In this document: positions 8,351-19,331 of the stretch, one piece after another
How the letters are laid out: every line of letters starts with the position of its first letter
Numbering within the stretch: position 1 is the stretch's first letter
DNA from: Saccharolobus solfataricus
GTDB taxonomy: Archaea > Thermoproteota > Thermoprotei_A > Sulfolobales > Sulfolobaceae
Length of the DNA stretch: 32,000 bases
Reading direction: 5' to 3'
Assembly (NCBI RefSeq): GCF_900079115.1
Contig: NZ_LT549890.1
Location: 2,130,001-2,162,000 of the forward strand
Program-made: the position numbers and the translations under genes
Notes under the pieces: generated by a model
What the model was told of the DNA's origin: nothing
The model's database searches: none
The model's input: only the letters and a program-made list of their open reading frames with translations

Positions 8351-9853
8351 TTAATCACCAATTTCTGTTCCAAAGTCAGCAAAACCTTTAGCTATTTTTT
8401 CACTTTCCTCGACTTTCTTCCATTCCCCTATCATGTCAGGGTCTGATCCAAGTAATTTTCCTTCAAACATATCTATCTTTACAACAGCAGGTAATTTTAC
8501 TATTTTACCTATAATTATAGCCTCACCAACGTCTAAGGAGGACAATTGCTCAGCCAAATCTTCACTTAAATTATCACTTGACTCTAAGATGTATTTTTTA
8601 TCAGTTGGTTCAATTATCTTTAAAATGATCTTATTGGTCATTTGACTTAATATATTTTCGTCCAAACCTTTAGGCCTTTGGCTTACTATTGTTAATCCAA
8701 CTCCAAATTTTCTGCCCTCTCTTGCTATCCTGGACGCCCAGTACTTGGTTAATGTATTCTCGTTTTTAGACAAGAAAACGTGAGCTTCTTCTATTACAGC
8801 TATTATTGGGAATTTAAGGCCACTATTTTTGCTTCTTTTAAAATCTTTCCTAGAATCAAGGATTCTTCTTAAATAATGTGAGACTACTGCATCCATTGAG
8901 TCTTCATCTAATTGTGTTAGGCTTACAACGTTTACCTTACCTCTCTTTACTTTCTCAATTATATCTGAAGATGTAAGATCAATGACGTTTGAATACCTAT
9001 CCATAAATTCTTCAAACTTATTCAGTACCTCATCCTTTGCACTACTCTTTTTATCACTATTTCCTTGAGTTTCCAATTCGTCTTTCATTAGTTCGTAAAA
9101 TTGGCTATTTAGAGTAGAAAATGGTATTTGCCCTTCTTTTAGCTTTTCTCTTATACCATTTGTTACCTTTATGAAAGCTCTTCTTAAAATTCTGTACTGT
9201 ATAATTGCATTCTCTCTTATTTCTAGTAACGTAGAAAATTCCCTTGGGGTCATATAAAGAGGGTTAAGTTTAGGTTCAATACGATTTAGATTCTTTATAT
9301 CGCTATCATAGTACTCTCCATGATAATCGAATATAAGAACAGATCCACCAAGTTCAGAAATTCTTTGAGAAAGAACTGCTACTGTATTTGACTTCCCAGA
9401 ACCAGTAGCTGCTAAAATAGCTAAATGCCTTGCAAAGGAATTTATATTTAATTTAACCTCCACATTTTTACCTATTAAGCTTCCTATTCTAATTTGGCCA
9501 TCTTGAGAATAAATACTTTTTAACTCCTCATCTTCAGCCTCTCTAGCTGGGGTTCCAGCGAACGGGGGTATATCGGGCATTAAAAAGTGATTATTCATAT
9601 CACATAACATTTTTACTTTAGCCTTTGTATAAACGGGTATGCTATTGTTGAATTGTTTTAATCTTTGAACGATTTCTATATCATTCATATTATCATCTAG
9701 CATAGGGCTACCTCTAGTCACGTTTGTTATTAGTCCAAGGGCCTTAACGTTATCATATTCTAGAACAACATAAGTTCCTAATCTAACAGGCCTTTCAGCT
9801 AGTATTAAAGCCTCTTGTGTTGTAGCTTGACCAATTACATAACCAATTATCAT
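8351..9853 (-). CDS. herA: HerA hexameric DNA translocase/helicase (FtsK-HerA superfamily)
   Basis: 500 aa. Walker A ATGSGKSNT, Walker B IIAVIEEAH, first gene of the operon, with a 2-nt gap to mre11. Confidence 0.95.
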   Translation of the reverse strand: MIIGYVIGQATTQEALILAERPVRLGTYVVLEYDNVKALGLITNVTRGSPMLDDNMNDIEIVQRLKQFNNSIPVYTKAKVKMLCDMNNHFLMPDIPPFAGTPAREAEDEELKSIYSQDGQIRIGSLIGKNVEVKLNINSFARHLAILAATGSGKSNTVAVLSQRISELGGSVLIFDYHGEYYDSDIKNLNRIEPKLNPLYMTPREFSTLLEIRENAIIQYRILRRAFIKVTNGIREKLKEGQIPFSTLNSQFYELMKDELETQGNSDKKSSAKDEVLNKFEEFMDRYSNVIDLTSSDIIEKVKRGKVNVVSLTQLDEDSMDAVVSHYLRRILDSRKDFKRSKNSGLKFPIIAVIEEAHVFLSKNENTLTKYWASRIAREGRKFGVGLTIVSQRPKGLDENILSQMTNKIILKIIEPTDKKYILESSDNLSEDLAEQLSSLDVGEAIIIGKIVKLPAVVKIDMFEGKLLGSDPDMIGEWKKVEESEKIAKGFADFGTEIGD

Positions 9854-9945
9854 GTATAGATAAAATACTGCTGGCTTCCTAAAATGGCTTACTCATCGTA
9901 GAAGAGTAATACCTAGAAATGGAAAATTAAAAAGCAAAAATAGCT

Positions 9946-10503
9946 TTACAAGGCTTTGGCAACAGATTTAATTGTTTCTGAGATTTTTGCTTCTTGTTCG
10001 GCGAATGCGCATAGCATTTTTTCAATGTCTTCGTGTCCTTCTTGTTTTGCTGTCATTGCAACCTTATTATACTCACTCACGTGTTGTTCTTGCTCTTCTT
10101 TAGCCATTTCATTTAAGACTTTAGAAACCTTTGCTATCGTTTCTGCAATCTTAGCCTCTTGATCCGCAAAACTGCATAGCATTTTTTCAATGTCTTCGTG
10201 TCCTTCTTGTTTTGCTGTCATTGCAACCTTATTATACTCACTCACGTGTTGTTCTTGCTCTTCTTTAGCCATCTCCCCTACTATTCCTCTTAATTCTTGG
10301 TTCTTTAATAAGGTCTCGAAGATTGCCTTAGCATGCCCTAATTCTACTAATGCCTTCTCTCTTAATGCCTTAGCTTCTTCTTTCTTTCCTAATTGCTCTA
10401 ATTTCTCAGCTACTAGCATTAATGACATAAAATCTTCTGCATTTGCTTTAAATAACTCCTTTAGACCCATTTCGGTTTCCTTTCCGAGAGCCATAACAAA
10501 CAC
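9946..10503 (-). CDS. Rubrerythrin/ferritin-like helical protein with an internal 55-aa tandem duplication
   Basis: 185 aa; the start could instead be M4 at 10494. VELGHAKAIFETLL and Y..VAMTAKQEGHEDIEKMLC.FA.QEAKI follow the rubrerythrin helix pattern (E..H; Y..fA..A..EG...ia..F..iA..E..H). In both repeated units the last His position is Ile. Confidence 0.5.
   Translation of the reverse strand: MFVMALGKETEMGLKELFKANAEDFMSLMLVAEKLEQLGKKEEAKALREKALVELGHAKAIFETLLKNQELRGIVGEMAKEEQEQHVSEYNKVAMTAKQEGHEDIEKMLCSFADQEAKIAETIAKVSKVLNEMAKEEQEQHVSEYNKVAMTAKQEGHEDIEKMLCAFAEQEAKISETIKSVAKAL
10009..10272. repeat. Tandem duplication (period 165 bp) with a 99-bp perfectly identical core
   Basis: 10009-10107 and 10174-10272 are identical base for base on hand alignment. 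The flanks of each unit have diverged (protein CSFADQEAKIAETIAKVSKV versus CAFAEQEAKISETIKSVAKA). Confidence 0.85.
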
Positions 10504-10667
10504 CTACATTAATATACTAATCCAAGGTTTATAAACTTTAATTATACTCTAACTTAATATTGTTATCATTCCATCACACATAATAATACTGTTCCAAGTT
10601 ACTAGAAAGCTTACATAAAGAAGTACTAATTAAAATTATTAGTATATTCCTCCTATTTAAGCTTAAC

Positions 10668-10716
10668 GTGATGAATAACTCCAATCCTGATCAATGATGT
10701 AGTAACTCGCGACTGA
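10668..10716 (+). ncRNA. C/D box sRNA (2'-O-methylation guide), coordinates C box to D box
   Basis: GTGATGA (C, 10668-10674), 12 nt ATAACTCCAATC, CTGA (D', 10687-10690), 3-nt linker, ATGATGT (C', 10694-10700), 12 nt AGTAACTCGCGA, CTGA (D, 10713-10716). This is the canonical archaeal 7+12+4+3+7+12+4 layout. It lies in an intergenic region just upstream of the nnr promoter. Confidence 0.75.
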
Positions 10717-10751
10717 ATTGCATTTATACCCATTTTTTAATATTCAAGTAT

Positions 10752-12257
10752 ATGATTTCGGTAAAAGAAATGAGGGCTTTGGAAATAAATAGTTCTGCTT
10801 TAGGCGTATCTACATTATTACTCATGGAGAATGCAGGTAGATCCGTTAAAGACGAAATAGTAAAGAGATTTAACGTAAAGGATAAGGTAGCATATGTTTA
10901 TGTAGGACATGGTGGAAAAGGTGGTGACGGGTTAGTAGCGGCAAGACATTTAGCCGATGAAGGTGCTAAGGTAACCGTAATTTTATTGGGAGAAAATAAA
11001 CACGAGGATGCAATCCTTAATCTTAATGTCATAGAAGAGATGGACTATTCAATAACGTTAGTTGAGATAAAGGATATGGATGAACTAAAGCCAATCTCTG
11101 CTGATATTTTAATCGATGCCATGTTAGGTACGGGATTCTCTGGAAAGCCAAGAGAACCGTTTAGAAGTGCGATAAAAGCGTTCAACAATAGTAAAGGGTT
11201 CAAGGTCTCTATAGACGTTCCCTCCGGGATAAATGCTGATACTGGTGAAGCATATGAAGACGAGTATGTTAAACCGGATCTGGTTGTCACCTTTCACGAT
11301 ATCAAACCTGGCTTATTAAAGTATAATTTCAATACTGTGGTTACGAAAATAGGTATTCCAGTAGAAGCCGAAATATATGTTGGGCCAGGGGATTTAATAG
11401 TTAACGCGCGTAGTAGACCTTATTACTCTAAGAAGGGTGATAGCGGAAGAGTACTAGTAATTGGAGGAAGTTACACTTTTAGTGGTGCTCCAACTCTAGC
11501 CGCTTTGGGTGCTTTGAGAGCTGGAGCTGACCTAGTTTATGTAGCATCACCAGAGGATACGGCTAGAATTATAGCGGGATACTCTCCAGACTTAATTACA
11601 ATAAAATTAAGGGGAAAGAACATTTCTCCAGACAATTTTGAAGAATTGAAATTATGGATAGATAGAGCTGATGTGGTAGTTATAGGTCCGGGAATGGGTC
11701 TAGCTGAGGAGACTATTGAGGCTTCTAAACTAATTGTGAATTATCTTAAAGAGAAGAATAAGCTAGCTGTTATTGATGCTGATGCACTTAAGGCAATAAG
11801 TGGGTTCGATTTGTATGAGAATGCTGTAATAACACCTCATGCAGGCGAATTCAAAATATTCTTTGGAGAAGAACCAGATAAGAACATAAGAGATAGAATA
11901 AGCCAAGTAATTACTTATGCTAAGAAATGTAAATGTACAGTTCTACTTAAGGGTTATGTTGATATAATAAGTGATGGTAAAAGGTTTAAATTAAATAAAA
12001 CTGGTAACCCAGGTATGACTGTAGGTGGGAGCGGGGATACGTTGACTGGTATAACAGCAACATTAATGGCTCAAAAAATCGAACCATTTATAGCCGCATA
12101 TTTAGGGGTTTTCATAAATAGCCTAGCTGGAACTTTAGCATATAATAGGCTCGGAGCTCATTTGACACCTACTGACATAATAAATGAAATTCCAAATGTG
12201 ATAAATAATCCCTTGGATTCTTTCAAAAGAAAATTGTATAAAAGAGTTTTAAGTTGA
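10752..12257 (+). CDS. nnr: Bifunctional NAD(P)H-hydrate repair enzyme (NAD(P)HX epimerase / ADP-dependent dehydratase, YjeF family)
   Basis: 501 aa. The N-terminal YjeF_N domain has LMENAGRSV...GHGGKGGDGLVAARHL...DAMLGTGF. The C-terminal carbohydrate-kinase-like domain has GRVLVIGGS..F.GAP, ITPHAGEF and GGSGDTLTG. Confidence 0.9.
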   Translation: MISVKEMRALEINSSALGVSTLLLMENAGRSVKDEIVKRFNVKDKVAYVYVGHGGKGGDGLVAARHLADEGAKVTVILLGENKHEDAILNLNVIEEMDYSITLVEIKDMDELKPISADILIDAMLGTGFSGKPREPFRSAIKAFNNSKGFKVSIDVPSGINADTGEAYEDEYVKPDLVVTFHDIKPGLLKYNFNTVVTKIGIPVEAEIYVGPGDLIVNARSRPYYSKKGDSGRVLVIGGSYTFSGAPTLAALGALRAGADLVYVASPEDTARIIAGYSPDLITIKLRGKNISPDNFEELKLWIDRADVVVIGPGMGLAEETIEASKLIVNYLKEKNKLAVIDADALKAISGFDLYENAVITPHAGEFKIFFGEEPDKNIRDRISQVITYAKKCKCTVLLKGYVDIISDGKRFKLNKTGNPGMTVGGSGDTLTGITATLMAQKIEPFIAAYLGVFINSLAGTLAYNRLGAHLTPTDIINEIPNVINNPLDSFKRKLYKRVLS

Positions 12258-12698
12258 GTTTTGTCTCTTTATTATCTCTAATGATTTGTCAGCGTGTTCC
12301 TCTGCCTTCTTCAGATTTTTCAAGATATTTACTATTTTGCCATTCTCGTCTATTATGAAAGTCACTCTTTGGGCACTAGTCCCCCTTTCGTTTAACACAC
12401 TATAAAGTTTCGATATTGTTTTCTGATCATCGGCAACTATTGGGAATTTAGCTCCATATTTCTCTGCGAATTTTTTCTGAGTATCAATTTTATCTACACT
12501 AACGCCTATTACCTCAGCATTCAATTTTTTGAATTCGTCATAGAGTTCAGTAAATCTTTGTAGTTCCCTTGTACAACCACTGGTAAAGGATTTTGGGTAG
12601 AAGTATAATATTACTTTTTTTCCTCTAAAATCTGATAACTTAATTTTTCCGAGAGTGGATTCAGCCTCGAAATCTGGTGCTTCTTCTCCTACGTTCAT
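12249..12698 (-). CDS. bcp: Peroxiredoxin, Bcp type (thiol peroxidase)
   Basis: 149 aa. APDF...GKKVILYFYPKSFTSGCTRE contains the peroxidatic Cys motif of Bcp/PrxQ peroxiredoxins. Confidence 0.9.
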   Translation of the reverse strand: MNVGEEAPDFEAESTLGKIKLSDFRGKKVILYFYPKSFTSGCTRELQRFTELYDEFKKLNAEVIGVSVDKIDTQKKFAEKYGAKFPIVADDQKTISKLYSVLNERGTSAQRVTFIIDENGKIVNILKNLKKAEEHADKSLEIIKRQNST

Positions 12699-12778
12699 AC
12701 TAATTTAACTCTTGCGTAATTCGGATATAAGAATTTAGACAAAATATTTTTACTTCTTACTCATAGTCAGTTAGTAAA

Positions 12779-14314
12779 ATGAGAATCATACCACGCACTA
12801 TGTCAACACAACATCCCGATAATGCAAAAGTACCAGAGTGGGCAAAAAGCGAAGTTATTGAAGGAGAAGACGAAGTTAAAGAAGCCTTCCTAGCTTATAG
12901 TATGTATGGAGTTCATGAGGTAATGTGGGATGCTGAGGGAAAAGATGTAGATACTCATGTGGTAAGAAAGTTATTGTCAAATTATCCAGACTACTTTAGA
13001 GAACATATTTTAGGTAAAGATCTGTTTCTAACTTATAGGTTACCTAACCCAAAGGTGGAAGGTGCTGATAGAAAAGTTTTTGCCGAAACCATGGAGAGTA
13101 TTCCAATAACTTATGATTTGGCAGAGAAATTTTACGGTAATGGGATTACGATACCAGTTTTTGAAGTAATTTTACCAATGACAACTAGTAGTTTAGAGAT
13201 AATAAGTGTGGCTAGGTATTACGAAAAGGCAGTTGCAAATGAAGATGAACTAGAACTTTACGATGGTGTAAAAGTAAAGGATTTAGTTGGAGAAATATAT
13301 CCTAAAGTAATAGAAGTTATACCACTAGTCGAAGATAGGGACTCTCTTCAAAATATTAACAATATAGTGGAGGGGTATTATAAGGTAATTAAACCTAAGT
13401 ATATGAGAGTCTTTTTAGCCAGATCGGATCCAGCAATGAATTATGGAATGATAACAGCTGTTCTGTCAGTAAAGATTGCCTTAAGCGAGTTATACAAACT
13501 TTCAGAATCGTTAAACTTTGAAATATATCCAATAATTGGTGTTGGTTCACTTCCATTTAGAGGTCATTTATCTCCTGAAAACTATGAAAAAGTATTGGAA
13601 GAGTATAAGGGAGTTTATACATATACGATTCAATCAGCGTTTAAGTATGACTATGATTACGACAAAGTAAAAAGTGCTATTTCTTCAATAAATAACTCAA
13701 GGATTAGCCCAGCTAGAATATTGGAAAAGTATGAGGAGGATGTTCTAAGAAAGATAACGATCTTATATACTGAACGTTACCAGCCAATTATAGAAAGTCT
13801 TGCAAACGCTATAAATGACGTCTCCGTGTTACTTCCTAGAAGAAGGGCCAGAAAACTTCATATTGGTCTTTTTGGATATTCTAGAAGCGCAGGCAAGGTT
13901 AGCTTACCTAGGGCAATCTCTTTCGTGGGTTCATTATATTCAATAGGAATACCACCAGAACTAATAGGAATTTCGTCTTTAAGCAATTTAGATGAGAAAG
14001 AATGGGATATATTCAAACAGAATTACGTTAATTTTAAACATGATCTACAAACTGCTGCGAGATTCCTTAATTGGGAGTCGTTCAAATTAATTAAGGATAT
14101 ATGGAAAATTAGTGAGGATACTATAGCAAAGATCAAGGAAGATATCGATTACGCTGAGAGCGTGATAGGCATAAAATTAGGCGGCATAGATTACGATAGT
14201 AGAAAACACATCCTAATGTCTTCGCTATTTTTACTATCATTTAAAGAGAAAATACTTCAAGAATCTAAGAAGTATTTATATGAGATGGCATTAATTAGAA
14301 GATCCTTGGGATGA
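12779..14314 (+). CDS. ppcA: Archaeal-type phosphoenolpyruvate carboxylase (atPEPC)
   Basis: 511 aa. The N-terminus [15 protein letters not shown] and the size are characteristic of the archaeal PpcA family. A TATA-like ATATTTTTAC lies about 30 nt upstream of the ATG. Confidence 0.9.
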   Translation: MRIIPRTMSTQHPDNAKVPEWAKSEVIEGEDEVKEAFLAYSMYGVHEVMWDAEGKDVDTHVVRKLLSNYPDYFREHILGKDLFLTYRLPNPKVEGADRKVFAETMESIPITYDLAEKFYGNGITIPVFEVILPMTTSSLEIISVARYYEKAVANEDELELYDGVKVKDLVGEIYPKVIEVIPLVEDRDSLQNINNIVEGYYKVIKPKYMRVFLARSDPAMNYGMITAVLSVKIALSELYKLSESLNFEIYPIIGVGSLPFRGHLSPENYEKVLEEYKGVYTYTIQSAFKYDYDYDKVKSAISSINNSRISPARILEKYEEDVLRKITILYTERYQPIIESLANAINDVSVLLPRRRARKLHIGLFGYSRSAGKVSLPRAISFVGSLYSIGIPPELIGISSLSNLDEKEWDIFKQNYVNFKHDLQTAARFLNWESFKLIKDIWKISEDTIAKIKEDIDYAESVIGIKLGGIDYDSRKHILMSSLFLLSFKEKILQESKKYLYEMALIRRSLG

Positions 14315-15120
14315 GAATACTAGTAAACGGTCTACTACCACTGGATTCGGGTAAGACAACGTTTTCATTATCCATAATTAGACTATTTAATCAAGTAGGA
14401 ATCAGATTGTTTCCATTCAAGCCAATTGCCGGGCATAATGCTTGGTATAGCTTTAACACTCTCATAAGGAGTGAAGAGTTAGGAATATTGGTTGGGAATG
14501 ATGCTTTAAAGTATTATGATGAAACAAAATATGATATTAGGAGAATTAATCCATTTGCTGTCCTTTTCGTTCCTATAGATTTGGAAAAGATAAGCTACAA
14601 CGTATCTCTATATAATATGATAATGGAGTATGGATTTCCATATTTAATAAGGTTAAGTGACTGCATTAATGGGACAGATCAGTATTTTGTAAACAGTAGT
14701 GCAGATATATATGTGCCGAAATCAATGCTGAAATTTACTAGAAACCTAGCCCTAAAATTTAACGCAAAATTATATGATAAAATGAGAGAGATAATAGACG
14801 CTTCTCCACAACTAGTAGACAATTGTACTATAGATGTATTTAGAAACTATGAAAACGTGATAATAGAGTCCTATAATGACTCGGCTTCTCCTACTTATAA
14901 TTCGACTAACGTAGATTACGTATTTACAGTCTCCCCTACAAAAGCGTTTCTCATAAAAGGTCAGGAATTTAAGAAGGCCTTATCGTTATTTTCAATCCCG
15001 CCATGGAATGTTAGAGTCTCCACTCTTATGAAGTATCTAAAAATAGGGAAAAGTTTTGAAATAGATGTAGGAGAAAGAGTTGCTAAAGACGAGATTCTAG
15101 ATATATTACTTAAGTCTTAG
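14311..15120 (+). CDS. Hypothetical BioD/CobQ/Pta-N-like P-loop-fold protein, translationally coupled to PEPC
   Basis: 269 aa with an ATGA overlap to the ppcA stop. The N-terminus [32 protein letters not shown] follows the (T)G.GKT....L...l...G.....fKP pattern of dethiobiotin-synthetase-like domains. The remainder is unrecognised. Confidence 0.5.
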   Translation: MRILVNGLLPLDSGKTTFSLSIIRLFNQVGIRLFPFKPIAGHNAWYSFNTLIRSEELGILVGNDALKYYDETKYDIRRINPFAVLFVPIDLEKISYNVSLYNMIMEYGFPYLIRLSDCINGTDQYFVNSSADIYVPKSMLKFTRNLALKFNAKLYDKMREIIDASPQLVDNCTIDVFRNYENVIIESYNDSASPTYNSTNVDYVFTVSPTKAFLIKGQEFKKALSLFSIPPWNVRVSTLMKYLKIGKSFEIDVGERVAKDEILDILLKS

Positions 15121-15779
15121 AGTTTTTTCTCTACCTCAAAAGCTAATCCCTTGTCGGGTACGTACAATTTTCCAATGCGTTTTAGTACAGATGCAGCTAC
15201 TCCCAATCCTCTTTGAATATCTGGATCCTTTAACAACTTGTAAATTTCCCAAATACTGGTTATGGGTTTTACATTTTCGGTTTTTAAGGCTTCTCCAGTT
15301 GCAGAAACCAATAAAGTATAATATTTGAAGTTAGTTAGATCTATTCTTGACAGATCATTAATGATCTCCTCCCAATGGTTAATTAGGTTTAATGTGAAAT
15401 CATTTATTAGAGCATTTATTATCTTTCCTAAGCTTTCTTCATCTTCTAATAGTCCAATTATGGGGTCTAAAATTCCTTTGCTCCTAACTTTATCTATAAG
15501 ATTTATTAAAAATTGTATATTGTATATATTGTCCTCATTAATAAATAACTTAGTGGTCTTTATGACTTTATCCCAATTCACTAATAATTCTAAAACATCA
15601 TCACTAGTAAGTGACCCTATTATCTTTCCTATTGTGTTTTCATCTTCTAATATTCCTTTAATTACGTCAAGTATGCCAAGTCTATCAGTAGTGTTAATTA
15701 CGTCTAGGATTTTGTTAAGACTGTTAAGTTTTTCATCTTTCAGTAAATTGTCTAAAGCATAGAATTCTCCATTAGTCAC
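15117..15779 (-). CDS. DUF1641-like protein (partner of SQR/NADH-dehydrogenase-type flavoproteins)
   Basis: 220 aa with two copies of the motif GILD.I.G.LEDE..(I/L)GKII..L. It lies immediately downstream of the sqr-like gene with a 6-nt gap. The family name is from memory. Confidence 0.55.
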   Translation of the reverse strand: MTNGEFYALDNLLKDEKLNSLNKILDVINTTDRLGILDVIKGILEDENTIGKIIGSLTSDDVLELLVNWDKVIKTTKLFINEDNIYNIQFLINLIDKVRSKGILDPIIGLLEDEESLGKIINALINDFTLNLINHWEEIINDLSRIDLTNFKYYTLLVSATGEALKTENVKPITSIWEIYKLLKDPDIQRGLGVAASVLKRIGKLYVPDKGLAFEVEKKL

Positions 15780-15785
15780 TTTAAT

Positions 15786-17039
<1,254 letters not shown>

Positions 17040-17163
17040 TTAAAGTTAATAAATGTTTGTTTCTATAAACTTTAATCTCTCCCTTTTTATAAAGTCATCA
17101 TTAACTATTTCATTTTGTTAAAAATGTAAAAAAGCTTATAACTTTTTGAACCAGTAATTAGTT

Positions 17164-17757
17164 ATGCAGCAGTTAATAGATAAGTTCATAAATGTAAAAG
17201 GACGTAAAATTCATTACATCGAGAGTGGAGACGGTTCTCTTGTTCTTTTATTTCATGGTGCGAGGTTCAACGCAAGAACGTGGGTAGAGACTAATACAGT
17301 TGACTCAATTTCGAGTATAGGGTACAAGGCAATTTCGGTGGACCTTCCGGGATTTGGATCTTCCGAAAAGATTGAAGGCATTAGTCTCTCAGAGTTCATA
17401 AATCTCTTCATGAATTCTCTAGGTATCGATAAGGCAATATTGCTGGGTGCCTCAATGGGTGGGAAGGCAGTACTAGAATTTAGTCTTAAATATACTGAAT
17501 CTGTTTCTGGGCTAGTACTAGTAGGTGCTGTGGGTGTAGAGGAGTTTGAGGTTCAATTATCAAAACTAAATAAGATTCCCTTACTATTAATTTGGGGTTC
17601 TCGTGATACCGTTTCTCCTAAAAGAAATTATAAGTTAATATTAGATAAAGTCAAAAATGCGAAACTAGAAATTGTAGGTAAAAATCACGCTTGTTATTTA
17701 GATGATCCAAACACGTTTAATGAAAAAATTGTTAATTTTCTCAAGGGGATGAAATGA
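17164..17757 (+). CDS. Minimal alpha/beta-fold hydrolase
   Basis: 197 aa. HG oxyanion motif LLFHGA, nucleophile elbow GASMGG, and acid/His candidates GSRDT and KNHACY. There is no cap domain. Confidence 0.75.
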   Translation: MQQLIDKFINVKGRKIHYIESGDGSLVLLFHGARFNARTWVETNTVDSISSIGYKAISVDLPGFGSSEKIEGISLSEFINLFMNSLGIDKAILLGASMGGKAVLEFSLKYTESVSGLVLVGAVGVEEFEVQLSKLNKIPLLLIWGSRDTVSPKRNYKLILDKVKNAKLEIVGKNHACYLDDPNTFNEKIVNFLKGMK

Positions 17758-18395
17758 GTGATAGAGAGGAATTAAGCGCTAAACTTAGGATAATATTGAG
17801 GGATATAAGATATCTTACTGTTCTAAAACACTTGAAAATTGCTAATGTAGACTATGGTAAGTCGATAATGCTAAACACTAAGATTCCATTGACTGAGATA
17901 GTTGAGATATTGGATGACCTTGAAAAATTAGGTTTAATAGAGAGAGTTCACGGTGCAACCCTAAAGAATACTGAAGCCAAATTTAAGCTTAGTTCTGAGG
18001 TACACAAGCATCACACGTATTATAGACTCACCAGAGAAGGAGATCATCTATTAAGGCATTTAGATGATAGAATGTTAATCGATGTCTATATGGATATCGT
18101 CAAGAATGATAATCTAGCGTTAAATATTCTTAGACTAGCAGATGAACTTAACGCAGATCATGCCCTAACGTATGCAAAATTGACTCATAAGAGACTAGAA
18201 GAGATTACACCAAAGATTGAGGAGTTAGTTAAGATGGGATTATTAGAAGAAAAGAATTCGAAGATAATTAAATTTGCCGATAGAAAAGCTAAGCCGAAAA
18301 AGGAAACAAGGACTCACCATAAATATTACGGTCTGTCAAGGATTGGAGAATTAGTGGTTAGGGAGATGAAAAGAAGGGGGATTTTACCTAAGTAA
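17754..18395 (+). CDS. Tandem winged-helix DNA-binding protein (two wHTH repeats)
   Basis: 213 aa with an ATGA overlap to the hydrolase stop. Each half ends in the same wing motif (L.KLGLIERV...KHHTYYRLTREGDHLL and LVKMGLLEEK...THHKYYGLSRIGELVV). Confidence 0.6.
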   Translation: MSDREELSAKLRIILRDIRYLTVLKHLKIANVDYGKSIMLNTKIPLTEIVEILDDLEKLGLIERVHGATLKNTEAKFKLSSEVHKHHTYYRLTREGDHLLRHLDDRMLIDVYMDIVKNDNLALNILRLADELNADHALTYAKLTHKRLEEITPKIEELVKMGLLEEKNSKIIKFADRKAKPKKETRTHHKYYGLSRIGELVVREMKRRGILPK

Positions 18396-19331
18396 TTCTT
18401 TTACATTATGTATGACTTTTGGTATAGCTTCTGTAATATCTTCATTTATAATTGTGTTGTAATTCTTTTTAACTATTTCACTTATTATTTCATCTATTTT
18501 TCTTCTCGCTATTAACTCAACTATTTTAGCTCTTCTGTCTATTATTCTCTTTTTAAATAACTCTTTTTGTTTCAAATAATTAAGATGATCCTCTATTTTG
18601 TTCACTAATTCAATAATTCCCTCATTTTTTATTGCTACAGTCTTAACAATAAGTGGTTTCCATCCATTTCTGTAGGAAATCTCTGCACTATCAATAGCGA
18701 ATTTTAGTGTATTAAATGCCAATTCAGCATCTTGTCTGTCAGCCTTATTTAAAACGTATATATCTCCAATTTCCATTATTCCAGCCTTCAACGCTTGTAT
18801 ATCATCTCCCGCACCGGGTATTGATACTACTAAAATTGTGTGAACACTCTGCTCTACTTCCGTATCTGTTTGTCCAGCCCCTACGGTCTCTATTATTATT
18901 TTATCATATCCTAATCCATCTAGAGCTTCAGTAAGCATTAGTGCTTCTGCTGAAATTCCACCAAGATATCCTCTAGATCCTATACTTCTCACGAAAACGT
19001 TTTTGAGCATTGTCTTATCTTGAAATCTTAACCTATTTCCCATAAAGGAACCCATAGTGTATGGACTAGATGGGTCTATTACTATCACTCCAACTCGATG
19101 CCCTCTAGATACGTATTCTTGGATTAATCCGCCTATTATGGTACTCTTCCCTGACCCGGGGATTCCGGTTATGCCAATAACATGTGCATTTCCCGATCTT
19201 TTTGAGAGAGTTCCTAATGCACTTATTCCTTCATCGGTCATGTACTCAATCTTTGTTAATAACCTAGCTATTGCTAATTCATTTCCATTTAATGCTTCTT
19301 CTATTAATTTTGATAAATTGTTATTCAACAC
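18384..19331 (-). CDS. meaB: Methylmalonyl-CoA mutase accessory G-protein (MeaB/ArgK family)
   Basis: 315 aa. Walker [10 protein letters not shown], switch motif ETVGAGQ and NKAD specificity motif. It is in an operon with the B12-binding mutase subunit, with overlapping start and stop. Confidence 0.85.
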   Translation of the reverse strand: MLNNNLSKLIEEALNGNELAIARLLTKIEYMTDEGISALGTLSKRSGNAHVIGITGIPGSGKSTIIGGLIQEYVSRGHRVGVIVIDPSSPYTMGSFMGNRLRFQDKTMLKNVFVRSIGSRGYLGGISAEALMLTEALDGLGYDKIIIETVGAGQTDTEVEQSVHTILVVSIPGAGDDIQALKAGIMEIGDIYVLNKADRQDAELAFNTLKFAIDSAEISYRNGWKPLIVKTVAIKNEGIIELVNKIEDHLNYLKQKELFKKRIIDRRAKIVELIARRKIDEIISEIVKKNYNTIINEDITEAIPKVIHNVKELLR

